NCBI GenBank assembly: GCA_051362555.1
Contig: CM120643.1
Location: 24,060,848 to 24,124,847, forward strand
DNA: 64,000 bases
Origin: Lingula anatina
Taxonomy: Eukaryota > Animalia > Brachiopoda
Direction: 5' to 3'
A model generated the notes under the pieces. It saw only the letters and a list, made by a program, of their open reading frames with translations. It was not told the origin of the DNA and did no database searches. Within the stretch, counting starts at the first letter, position 1, and every line of letters starts with the position of its first letter. Made by a program: the position numbers and the translations under genes. This document shows, one piece after another, positions 14,017-26,972 of this stretch.

Positions 14017-17000
14017 ACTCGGAGATGGATTGATCCTGTTAGATCGAGCATCACCGATATGTTTTGAAAGGTTCCGTCATATTATTACGCTTCAGCGGAC
14101 TTATCTGTCTTTCAACTGTTATGTTGATAAAGTGACCGTGCCGAACGGGAAGGCTCCGTTTAGTGAAAAAAATTGGTAAAACCCGGTCTATTAAGTTGTC
14201 AATCAAAAGGTGTACCGGTACAAACTGTATCGCTATTAGTGTACCGTCCGATTTGACAAATGGGTGAATATATGTAAGGATCGACGTGAAAATGCTTTGG
14301 GTGGATACTAATGCGTTTTTACGACTTACCATGTGAGATGACAGCATATCACAGCGTTTGGTTATCGATCAGACGAATGTATTAAATGTGTTCGGTTATT
14401 GCATCTTCACATTACAAGTTATATAAGTATCCGGCAAATGTCGTGAGAACACAAATTACACAAATTGAGGTTGATATGTAATTTCCGATACTCACATTTC
14501 CCTGTGTGTGGTTATTCTGTTGGAAAAGTTGTTACCTTACACGAAATGCTATGTGGTTTGCGTGCAATACCCAATATCCGCCACGTTAAATCCTATCGAA
14601 TTTCTAAACTAATAAATACGACTTGATTCGGTAGTACCGAACATTTTATTTCAACCAGTCTTTCATCGCAAGATAGTGTCGTAAGTGAAGCATCTTGCAA
14701 TTTGTTCACCCTCAGTTTCAGAGGACACTTGAAGCGCACTTGTGCTGATACATGTTGATAAGCCAATTATAATAAGAAAGGTCTAATTTTTTAGAGAACA
14801 TAATGTTAATAGTGTGCCGCAAAGGACAAAAGGATAGATCTCCAGTGTGGAGGACAACTTTAAGGGAAAACAACTGTTAGTATGAGTTTCATATTTCACA
14901 ATAAACACATTGCAAACAACGCATAGAAATATAATAAATTCTATTTTACCTTCAAAATAGCGGTTATCGCCATTATTCTGGAATCTGTGCTTGCTATCAG
15001 ACCACGTGGACCTTCATAGATGGCTGCACCCCCGTCATAATCTTTTAAGAGATTATTACAAAAAAATGAACTAACATTGAATATCGGTATGGATCCATTA
15101 AGCACTGGTAAGTATGGGAAAAACGTCGTTTACCCCAGGATATTTTTTTTACCAAAACGAACAGTTGTTATTCCTTTAATTACTCCTTAGAGAAAAATTC
15201 CTTCAGCTGTGTTATGTCATAAGAATAAAGTCATATTTTCTTCAATCAACAGCTTATATTGAAATCGTTAACTTCTTGACTATATCTCCTGAAAAGAGGC
15301 TATTCGTCTTGATAGATTCATTCCCTGATGAAGATGCTCCAGACAGACATAGAGATATTGGAAGTAAACAATTCTAATATTAGCTGTTGATTGAAAATAA
15401 AATAATTGCATTCCTCTATACTTGGAACTTGAAATGGATTTAAATACAGTGCAAAATTTTGCTCTGAATGATTTAAAGTGCCTTTCGTTCAGGTGAACAC
15501 ACAAACCCTGATCTTTTCCTCTCTGAAAACAAAATCAATTTTAACCAAGTTTTGATTTGGTTATATTAATGGCCTCTTAGCAAGTTAAACGCTTTTGACA
15601 TAAAACACACTTAGTTATGCACGTGATCAATGCTTCCAGGATACATGGTTGGCTAAACGATCATTTTACAAATACATTCCATGATATAAATCTTACCCTC
15701 GGTCGCTTTTCGCTTTTATTTCCAACGCAGCGTATTATACTCGTAACATGATACACAGATCAAATTCCATTAGAACAGCGTAATGTACGCTTTGCGTGAT
15801 AGCCTAACATCACGTTCATGTCGACAGACAATTTCTGGGATTTTGATCCGTGGCTGACTGACTTCCGACATCTCCGAGGATATTTACTACAGTCTTGGAT
15901 ATTCCAAATTCCCCAGAACACAGCATTTAATCACGCCGTGTCTATACTGCTGGCTTTATTGATGAATGCCTTTATTTGTAGTACTGTCTGCGCTTCACTG
16001 ATACCGTCTTTCTGTTATGGCCATGGATAAATTGCCTAGATTAGTTCCTTATTTGTCAAGCTTCAAATAAATTCACTGATTTGCTTTAATACCTGGAAAA
16101 CCCGTTACCTTGCAACAAAAAATAGATGGGAAAGGGCCATAATAGCAAAAAAATGTTAGTTGCTGCTCTTGCAAAGAAGTCTGTATTTCTGTGTAACATA
16201 TCATTATATACTTATTTATATATATGAATGTTTGAGTAGGTATTAATCTTGATCGCAAAAAAAGAACTTTCTGAGGAAGTCGCCTTCCGACTGTCTTGTA
16301 GAAATGTTCGTAAATTTCTCCTTTAATTTGAGACTTTGGCGAGCAATGTTTCATGTGTACTTATGAATCTTACTCCATAGATTTAAAGAAACGTTGCAAC
16401 ATCTCCCTTCGTTTTCCTTTTATTCACTTTGGTATAGCTTCCTTACTTTCGTTTGTTATATTCAATTTTAAATTCTCTTATCCGTCTGTGGTAAGTTGAA
16501 GTATGTGGAAAAAGAAAAGTGAGCCTATGTACGTGTACATATAGATATAAGTGGAAAGTTAATCAGTCATCTAGGCAATCTAGACTACAATAGTTTCGCA
16601 CACTTACACGGTGCTCATGTATAATTTACCATCAAATGCCAATCATTGCTTAACAAATGCTGGTGGTATTATTTTATGCATGAGAATGATATTATGATGT
16701 TCACCAAAGAGAAGCTATATTAAATTTCAATGGCAAATTTCTCTTTTGGGGGGCAATTACATACATTTTAAGTCTAGACATTATCATAGTTACTGATATT
16801 TGAAGTGTACTCAGTGCATTATTTTTCAAACATAACATATATGTATCATGAAGCGTCCTTTAAACCAAAAACGCTTACAACAGAACGTTTACAATTAGGC
16901 AGTTTGCTAAAAAATAATGACAATTATCTTCATCGTAATCACTTTGCGTTTCTTCAAAATTAAAGATGAATGATCACCTTACTTGTTAGATAGGCGACTG

Positions 17001-20000
17001 CAATCAAACATCTTAGTTTTTATGCACTTATCTAATAGACACATAAATTAGCCATGGAAAGCTGGCTGTCTTTTCAAATGATATCATTCATCTTAATTAT
17101 GCAAGATGAGCCAAAGCCAGAACACCGGTCTAAATTCTTAGAAAAAATATGAGTCTGCTTTGAATCAAGATAATTCAGTACTACTGGTCCAATTAAATGA
17201 AATATTGCGCCTGTTTTAAAACAGGAAATACAAGGCTAATTATTTGATTCAAACGGATTGCTGTGGATTTATCTTAAAGTGATCTAGACTGATTTTTTCA
17301 TGTAAACGTTAAGCCCCCATTTCGAGCTTTAGCCTTTTGTGAAACCAGCCAATGAGATTTAGGCCTGGATTTCTTACGTCATTAAGAAAGGAATAACGAC
17401 AGAGATCTAAGCGTTATTACGACCACGCGTTTGCCGGTAAGCCACAAAGTTCAAAAACAGCAGAAACAATTCTTTTTTCGAACAAGGAACATCTGATTTT
17501 TTTTTCAAAACCAATATTCTCTAATAATTAGCTTATTCCTTTTTTTCACCCAAGGTAAAAAAGCTAAAGCCATCGATTTTAGAGGTTAACTTTTGGTTTG
17601 AATGATTGGGTAAAACTCCCTCAGCTGACAGAGTGCGTGGATATTTTACATTGTTTTCACATGCCTTAACATTGTGGAATTAAGCCACAAAGAGATTTTC
17701 TTTCCACTTTGAAATATAGCAAGTGTATCTATTTAATTTCTTACAAATCCAAACTGATTATTCTTAAATACGATTATTTGTTATACCAGAATATGTTATG
17801 ACTAATATTTTTCTGACTAAATACAAAAGAAGGATCAATGACTTTACCCCCAAAGCTTTATCTTCGTTTCTACTTCTGCATGACTGCATGCGTTTTCTTA
17901 GGGCATGCTTAATAATTACTTTTTTTAGAAATGATAGGCCTCAAAGGAAAGAAGCATTCATATCTCGTCTTTATTAAGTAAGTTACGTCCAACTGCGTCG
18001 AACAAAAACCGTTGTATTCTGTTTTGTTAGCTTGCTTTTATTTCTTTTTGGTTATAGCCTCACCAAAGTGGGATTCCGGGTTATTTGTCATATTCATGAA
18101 TGGCTTCTGTCAGACTTGATCTCGGAAAGTAAATTTTAGGCACGAAATCTAATTTACTTCTTTAATAAAACCCATTTAGGGGAAACTCAAGATAGCTAGG
18201 TAAAGTTACATAAGTAAGTTTTATTTCCGAATACAAAGGATGGGAAGAATATGATTCAAATTTAAGGATAAAAAAGAACAGATATGTAGGAATGGCATGC
18301 GTTAAAATGAAGTAAAAAACATATTTAATGTTTTAATCACTTAGTAATATATATGTCTGTGCAACCTTCACATAATCCAAATTTAACATAGCCGAAAAAA
18401 TGCAAGCTACAAGCACTGAAATATTCTAGATATGAATAGCACGTGAACAAACGGAAGGAATATTACATATATTTACTGCGTCTTTAACAATCCGAATACA
18501 ACAAATATTGCAGTTTGAAATTCGGTTATCGGCAAAATAATAAAGTTGCTTACGTCATTTTGTCTGACCGGTATATATCAAACCATTTATTTGTTCTCGT
18601 GATAGGGGTGTCGTGTTACTGCATGATTATATCTATATTATTGCTTTTGTTAATTATTTTATTGTTAATAAAGTTTGATAACAAAAATTTGAAAGCGTAT
18701 TTTTGCATGTAATTAGAACACATCTTCATCTTTCATGTGCAAAGGCAGTCATTAGCTTCAAAGAATTTTTCACAATTATGGTTAAAACTGATGGTAAAAG
18801 TACTGGTAGTCATTACCATCTTTTTTCCAAATCAAATTAATTTTCTTAACGAGGCAGGGTGACAGTCACTCTGCCTGATATTGGGTGTGATGAATGTAGT
18901 AATTAACCGAAAATTGTCTCATTCACTTATGTGATTAATGGGTTGTATGAAGTGAAGTTTCATTAGCTTGTTGCTTCAGGCAAAGATACTGACTCGTAAC
19001 GCAGTAATATCTGAGACATATTTCATACACAGAACGAAATACCAAACGTTGGGCTCAACTTCTACGGGAACTCTCGCCGAATGCAGTCAATTTAACAGAT
19101 CAACACGCCTCATCCAGGCGTTGAGTAGGTTGCAGAAAAGGTAGTTTTATACGCGTACGCTGCAACCAAGGAAAGCGTGTTTATATGTTAAACTGGCTGC
19201 ATTCAGCGAGAGTCCCTGCTGAGTTAGATCGATCTAAGAAGACCGATAGTTTTAATGTGAATAAGCCCTAAGAATGAAGACATCAATGTGAAGTGACGTG
19301 GGTCAATTTGAAAGGGAAAATAACCTTGCCTTCAGTCCCGATAAGATACTCCTAAGACCTGTTCCCTTAATCTAATCCTGGATCCAGTGATGCTGGTCGA
19401 TATCAAACTATTGGTGCACACTGGATAGATCGGCGCCTCGGGTTGTACAATATTAATGCGTATGGGTATTTCAAAAGAGATCCTTGGGATTTGGGAAGTG
19501 TTCGGACCTCGGGTTGATGGCATGGCTTGTTTGATTGTATCATGTCTGAAAGGCGTCATACTAAAACAGGCTTCGTAGCAAACCATATCGTTTGTGTCTA
19601 TAGACTACCTTTTTTCATCTTTTTCTTTTCTTTAGGGGGAGCCTATATATGTATAGACTCCCCCTATATATGTATAGTTATATACCCCCAGTACTCATGT
19701 GTGTCATTTCTGTCGGATTCATGCATATACGTCTTGTTCCTCTCTCTCTCTCACTTTTTATTTGGGGGGGGGGGGAGGGGGGGGGAGTTGGGGAGTGTGA
19801 CTTTTTTCGGCAAATATGTTTTAAGATAACACTTTCCGCACAGTGCATCTGTGAGTGGCAGACTTGTTACTTAGAGCAGGCAGCTATACTGGTACTAAGC
19901 CAAGCACTTACCAAACGTGTCATCAGTGTGGTATTTGGGAATTTCAATTCCCCGATTTAACATAAGAATGCTTCAGGCACAACGCGTGGAATTCTCAAAC

Positions 20001-20609
20001 GTGAGTCAATTCGAAAATACGAGCTGTTATATTTCACAGCAACTACGTAAATCCATCTATCTCTTAAAAAAGCGGTTAAGTTCAACGTTAATGGCTATAG
20101 ATGGTATGGATACATAATGTTGTTAAATAAACAAAATGGCATACCACAAATTTCCACTGTAGCGCGGTAACATCAAGGTTTGCTCTTAGGAATCCTCGTC
20201 CGAGGCAAAAAGTCATTAAAGGTGAGGCGTAAACGGTATACAGTAGAATATAACGATATAATAGCAAATATATGTGTTACATAGTTCATGTTGGTGCGTC
20301 ATCCAAAAAAGGAGTCTTCAGCAAATTGTTTGGAGTACATGCTGTATACTGAGGGTGATTGCAAGTAATATGCCCTTTGCGCTTTGCGCTTTGTGACGAA
20401 AAATGAAGATAAAAGTGTGCGTCTGAATGCAGTTTTTGTCATTACCGTTCCCCGACACCCAACACACACATACACATGCACATGCACGCATCCAGAGAGA
20501 GAGAGAGAAATTCAAATTAGAGAACCCTGTGTAGTAGTTTTGTCGGTAGCCCCTCTCTCTTTCAGGTAATTCTCTTTTTCAACTCTTATAACTGTAATAT
20601 TATTTTCAG

Positions 20610-20752
20610 CTCAACGATCCAGATAACATATACCTGGACGAGAATGACCACACCCTGACAGTGGAGATCCACTGGCTTATGTCACACCTGTTGTACCAGG
20701 TGGAATACGGCAAGACGGACGACGTCCACAAGGTACAGCGGCACCAAATGAG
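20610..20752 (+). CDS. Penultimate coding exon of an unidentified plus-strand gene
   Basis: ttttcag acceptor, AG|gtaaga donor, open frame LNDPDNIYLDENDHTLTVEIHWLMSHLLYQVEYGKTDDVHKVQRHQM; phase 2 fits the next exon. Upstream exons not found, possibly outside the window. Confidence 0.75.
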
Positions 20753-23700
20753 GTAAGATTCAGGCATCCTGTACGCTATAGGGCCCGTTTCAAAAAACGA
20801 GCTAAGTTTTAGGACTTAACTAAGACTGCTAAACTCGCATGTTTAAGCCGACTTTATGAAGGTGGCTAACGGATATTGGGCAAAAAACGTCTCAGGGTCG
20901 ATTTGTTTCACAACCATGGAAATTTTCATCAGACATTAAAAACAATTTTTAACTTCCCCGACCAGTGTTTCATTGCGTGTGACGGAAAAAAGAAAGGTTA
21001 GCTGTAGACCAGAGATATATTAATGTTTATAACAAAATACTTAATAAGATGTTTAAATATAAACGTGCTCAATATTTCAATTATTAGTAGACCGAAAGTA
21101 AATAAAGAAAGATGGTTTAGTATAAGCCGACCATCCAAGTGTATTTATTTAAAACCAGAAAGGAAATAACAATTTCCTCAGTTGTTATAAATAGGTAAGA
21201 TATAGATTAGGTTGAGCTAATAAAAACATGATACCACATGTATACAACATTAAATACGTGTATATATAGTACCAGTAAGCAAACGCCACCATTTAACACT
21301 GTGAAAAGAAATCAGCTTTAATGCAATCAAAATTTGATCAAAAGATTGACTTTCAAAAATTGATAAAAGATTATTATAATTATAAAATGAGGAAAGCTGC
21401 CTCTTAGTAATATGTGAAACGCAAATAAGTTGGTTAACAAACTCATGTCAGGTGGTGATGATTTTTTTTTTTTTTTCAGTTTTACAGGACACTTGATAAT
21501 TTACAGTCTGTATACTTTATTGAATACAGTGGTTAAAACAAATACAACATCTTCGAACTCATAATTGTTTTTTAGTATTGCTACCCCGGATATATCTGCC
21601 GTTGATGGTCGACAACTTCAAATGCCCAACATCTGATTTGCAAATGCTTAAATTTAATGCCTTTTCATGTCGAGCGTTGTGTCGTAGCGATATTGCTGTA
21701 CCGGTATGTTTTGGAGGGGTCTCTCATGTAAATTAATTAAGCAGAACATCAAAGTATGTATCTAAGTGCCATTAGTGCCATTGTAAGTGTTCAAACTTTG
21801 GATGACCCCTGCATAAGGTTGGCTTTGAGAAACACGGATCACAGTCTCTCGTTCCTCAAATGGGTTTTCAAAACGAATCCAACAGCGCATGGATTGTTAA
21901 TACAGCCACCTTTATGATTGGTTTGAAAATCCAACGCACCGGTGTCGGTTTGATTAATAAAGTGTCTGATCTCCCGGCGGCGCTGCGTGACGCGTGTTAG
22001 TCACTTTCGGAGGGCAATTCTGAGTGATGAATTACGTGGTTTATTTCAATTTCAAATGCACTGCAGTTTTCTGATTTATTGGGTGGAATTTAGCGTCTAT
22101 GCATGCATGAAGATGAAAACTGACATAAAGTGATTTGTCTTATCGTTCAATCAACAGAGATTCAATACATACACAAGAGGTTAGGCTGTGTCATGCAGTG
22201 GATGGGATGAGATTGCAGAATCGAAAATAACCACTTTAGAAACTTAGTTTCAAAGACGTAATAAGCCATGTGTGTATTACCTTGTGCCGATTTTTTCGAC
22301 GTTAAAGATTTCTGGGCTATAAATACACATCTTTGCCTTCATTTTTGTTTTACCTGACTTAACACAAATTGCCGTTAAAAGGCATTTTGTTGAAATTTCG
22401 TGTCCAGTAAATTACTTTTGGTCTAGATCTGTTACTTTACTACTCGTTAAAAAATAGAAAGACAGATGTACGAGTATTTAAGTTAAGTTATTTGAAAAAC
22501 AAAACTGGTAGATTTTGGATAAGGGATATATGCTACGATAGCTACAAGAGGTTCCTAAAGACGGGCAAATTTGTCACTAATACTATTTGGGCAAACATTT
22601 AACTCTACAGAACACTTAAGCACCGGATAATTTGTTCGAATTAAGCGAAGATTCAACTTGGATAGAATCCGCATCAATTTCAACCAATGCCGAAGAAAAA
22701 AAAACATACAAGTTATGCGTAGTCGACTTTATTTGACACACTTGATTGATTAGAAGAAATATGATTATCCTTGTCCCATCTGTTGGAAAAACCACTAAGT
22801 GAATTAACCGTCCCAAATGTCCGGTCCATTAATATACCTGATTGAATTTCAGTAGATATGTAAGTATGTGTCAGTTTTGGTCACTGGCAGTTAATCAGCC
22901 CGCGCGCCTCCTTGTCAGTTTGACCGTGTAAATGTTCTTTTCATCTAAGTTGGGTGAGGCTATCTTTGGCAGCTGTAGATGCCTTCTGAGCAAGACACGT
23001 GGGATTTGTTTTGCAAAAAGTCTGAGGTCAGTTTCTAACCAAAAATATTACCCGACCAATTCTTAATGGATTTGGCATTGTTTTGCAAAGAATCTCGAAG
23101 ACCACTTATCTCGTTTTTAGTCTCTTAACTAATCCCCTTGAGTAAATTGTGGTTATTTTGACGACTGATTTCACTCTCAGTGGTGACAACAGTCCATTTA
23201 GGGAAGTCAGATCCATTTATTGTGAGCCAATCATTCATAAAAGCCATTACACTATTACCGCAAAGTGGACATTGTTTAGTCAGCTATCCAATTTAGTAGT
23301 CTAAAAATAGCCCATAGAATTTTACATGTAGATTTTTTTCTTGTAACGGACTCCTGATCACGAAAACCCACAACAGGTAACCGATTCAACTCCTTTGTTT
23401 GGGGTGCGTTTGGAAGAGTGTTGTACTGGGACCATAGATTTTTTATTTATTAAATAATTCATACCTCGGTTTACATATTTGATTATTTATTTACTTATTA
23501 ATTTTGAATGAGTATGGAAGCAGCTTCAAGTGCCGTGTTATATAAGAAAAATGGTATTGCCAAAATGTATGGAATACACCGATCCTAATAACGCACAAAA
23601 CAAGCGTCCATTAAAGATTCAAATTTTATTGACTGCGTTTTTCTCAAGTAGGCCTACTAATTCATTTTTATGTACTATACGCAGACGCCGCGATTTCCGA

Positions 23701-25085
23701 GACGCCGAGCAATGACACACGTAAAATTACCATAATCAAATTTACTTAAGTGGGCACAAAATGATATATGTATATCTTTCTCATAACTGCATTCTGAAGC
23801 CGTAAGCTTAAGGTAGGCTAGTTCTATTTTATGGTGAAGTAGGCGAAGAGAAATTACTCAGTATCTGTGCCCACTCCAAATCATTTCCAGTTTCAGAGAG
23901 TTTGCTCACATGGAATCAGTAATGTAAGGCAGAAAACTTCTTATGTTGTAAAGGAGAGTTTCCACCAGTACTTTTAAAAACACACAGTAAGCGTTAAGCC
24001 ATTCTAGAAAAAAAAGATTCTAAAAATTTCAGCAATATCCCCTTTATCAACAAGGCACATCATATCCGAAGCCACTCCAAACTCAACGCCGGATTCACAG
24101 ATCGTAATGTGTAAACGTGTTTGTAGGTCGGTATGCATGGAGATTCGTGGAGATTCAGAAAAAGTGTTCAGATCTCCAGGAAAATTAAATGTCTGCTATT
24201 TACTGTCAAACACGCTTATTGTATGCTTTTAAGGTAGGCGGAAAAACACAACCTCTGCCCACTCCATGATTTACGATCTATCTGAAACTAATATATGTGC
24301 AATTGAAGCTGCATCACTTTTTCTGTGTAGGCAAAGCTAGAGGCTTAGGTGAGAAAAGAAACCGTCAGTGCTTTATAAAACATATCAGTGCTTTAAAAAC
24401 ATACATTGCACGTTGGACCGTTATAGGGCCTACAGCAAAAATAAAATTAATTTTTCTGGATATTGCACGTCTTTGACCTCAATTACCAAAATTTGTTTTG
24501 TCTCAAACTGTTCACAGAATTTTGAATCATTACTCCGTTCTTGAGTTCCAAGTTTCGAACAGTTTTTAGAGAGTCGCTCTTATGGCGAGAGAGACCGATG
24601 ATCTTCACTTATGACGGGAAAGATTAGGGATTCGGAACTCGACAACGGGTTTATGAATCGTTATCCACTCAACTGGTTTGGGTAGGGAAAGGGAAAATTG
24701 CTGGGATTTCCAAGAAATTTATTTTTTGTGCTATATAAAGGAGCTTTTAACTTTCATTATACCGCCTCACTTATGGTGATCCCTATGTTAGGTTATGTCC
24801 CCTGGTACTGCCCCGTGTCCCAAATGAAATTACGGAGGCAATCTGTAATGACGCTGTGCGTTTTCTATACCATGTCAGGTCAAGTTAAGTTCTTTTCGCT
24901 CAACTGTGCGCTGAAGCGAAGTGGGCGAGCTTGATTAACCCTTCAGGGTTTAAAATTAAAACTTAAATACTAAATGTTACGTGAATAAATTTGCATGCAT
25001 CACGCAATTTCTCATAGGTCATTTTCTTCTTTTCTCATTCCCAACATAGACATGTACCTAGCTTGTTTTCTGTATTTTTTTTCAG

Positions 25086-25212
25086 TCGGGAACTATTGGC
25101 CCTTCAAGCTGAAAACTATTCTCTGGAAAAACAGCTGCACAGTTACCAGCAAGCCATAGCCAAGAAAGATTCCAAAGGCCGCTATTCTGAGGACGGATCA
25201 CTGGAGGATTAA
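25086..25212 (+). CDS. Terminal coding exon of the same gene; coiled-coil-like C-terminus
   Basis: Long poly-T tract plus cag acceptor; (S)RELLALQAENYSLEKQLHSYQQAIAKKDSKGRYSEDGSLED-TAA with heptad-spaced leucines. Confidence 0.75.
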
Positions 25213-26935
25213 CAGATAACGGGAAAAAATTAACGAGGAGGAATTAACAGATTGCCAAAGAATTCGTGAACCAAGGGTTTAACAGATTGCGGAAGAATAT
25301 GTAAACAGCGGAAAACAGGAGAAGCAACGGGTTGTTGAATGGTCAACAGATTACGGCACATTTAGTGTACTGTAATTACTCTTAAATCTACGGACTTCTG
25401 GGGAATCAGGTTGCGGGAAAATACTAATTAAAGGCGACTCTGACTAGAAGATCAACGGATCCGTGTAGGACTAAAAGATTGGCAAGTGACTTAAGGACAA
25501 GCATTCCTTGACGGTATGGCGACCATAAAAAGGCTACTCTTCTTCTCCGTGGAATCTTCCAAATGTAAACCCTCGGGGACAGACGGATACAGGAATAATT
25601 AGCACATATCAAGAAGATAAGTGTAGAGGTTTCGACCGATCAGTTAAAAGCTTTCCTAGACCAAAGTTATTCTTGGAATCACTCACGGAAAGATGAGTAA
25701 AAGGAGGTTTGGCTTATTTCTGAGGAATCAACGGATGATGGATGGTGTATCGAATAATTTAAGATATTCAGGCTGTTGTTGGAATGGTCCCTATCCTTTA
25801 GTAAGATAGATTTTAAATGACAGTGCTAAAAGATGAACTACGAGTTGACGAATAGTTGTAGATTAAACGTATGACTTGAAGAACGGCTCAGCTCTTAGGG
25901 ATTAATGACATTAATATATCGCCCGATTCATTCTGACAATCAATATCAGTTAATACGTTGATGCTCTTTTTATACATTATCACCATTGCAATACGTTTAA
26001 ATAGTGACTTATACACAATATTGGAGTCGGCTTGTGGTCAAATAATTGCACAAATATATTCGCGCACTCGATTGCACAAAATTCTGTCTAAATAGGATTA
26101 CTTTTTTCTAAGCTTTTTTCTTTTCGAAATGCATACTTACACAAAGACCAACGACATCATTTACAGTGAGTCTTTGATCAAAACTAATCTGTAGCCAATC
26201 TTATTCAACCGTTTGGTCGTGATGTTAATGGCTATCATAAGCCTTTTGACGGTAGTTAAAAGAAAAAGAGAAAAAGAAACACCCAAAGGAGGTAGTAAGC
26301 ATGAAAAGAGATTATTTCATCTTATATTTAAACCTATTACATTGGTTGTGAAAAGAGTGAAAATCAGAATTCGGGAAATTTGATTTTTAGACTCAAACTT
26401 CAGAGGCCGTATGAACTTCCTCTGTGTTCATTCCTTTGCCAAAAATGTCTTCATATGTATACATTATTTTATCAAGAAGACAAAGAATTACCCATCTGAT
26501 AGACCCATGTTTACATTTTCATTGTTTGAAGTTTCAACTCTTTATCATCTTTGTTTATTAAACATTATAACAAAACACGTCTTAGTGCGTTCTGACACAT
26601 GCTACATCATAGTAACAGAAGTGCCTCTTGTTTATAGAGACGTTTCAAATCTTTTAACTATTTTAAAACGATGAACGTTTAGTACCCAAACGTTTGACAT
26701 TACAGCGATTACATGCTTTTTATGAAATAATAATGTTATTGTTAATAGTGTCCATATTCGTCTAGATTAATATCCCGAACTGGCAGAAATCCTTATGGCA
26801 TGCAAAATAAAGATTTCTTTTCACTTCAACTCATTGTTTAAAGTACACTACAGTTGTCTGGCTAGCAGTCCGCTAGAAGCCAAGAACGGTTCTCTCCACG
26901 TGTTGAGATGAGGCCCAAAGTCCAACATGTAACAA

Positions 26936-26972
26936 CTACCTTCTCTTCGTTTTTCTGTTGAACATGCCTTCG
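26936..26972 (-). CDS. NBN: NBN exon 16 (terminal coding part)
   Basis: ctttttag acceptor, phase 2, (D)[14 protein letters not shown]; candidate AATAAA on the minus strand at 26554-26559. Confidence 0.82.

Noticed and set aside
18980-19140. Open frame between cag and gt as an upstream exon of the plus-strand gene
   Set aside because: Weak donor, its phase 2 end does not fit the phase 0 start of exon 20610, and the peptide is unrecognisable.
20780-20868. Possible Harbinger-like MITE remnant
   Set aside because: The inverted ends are too degenerate and no TSD can be shown.
25209-25360. Degenerate TTAACAGAT repeats after the stop codon
   Set aside because: Too short and divergent to assign a function.
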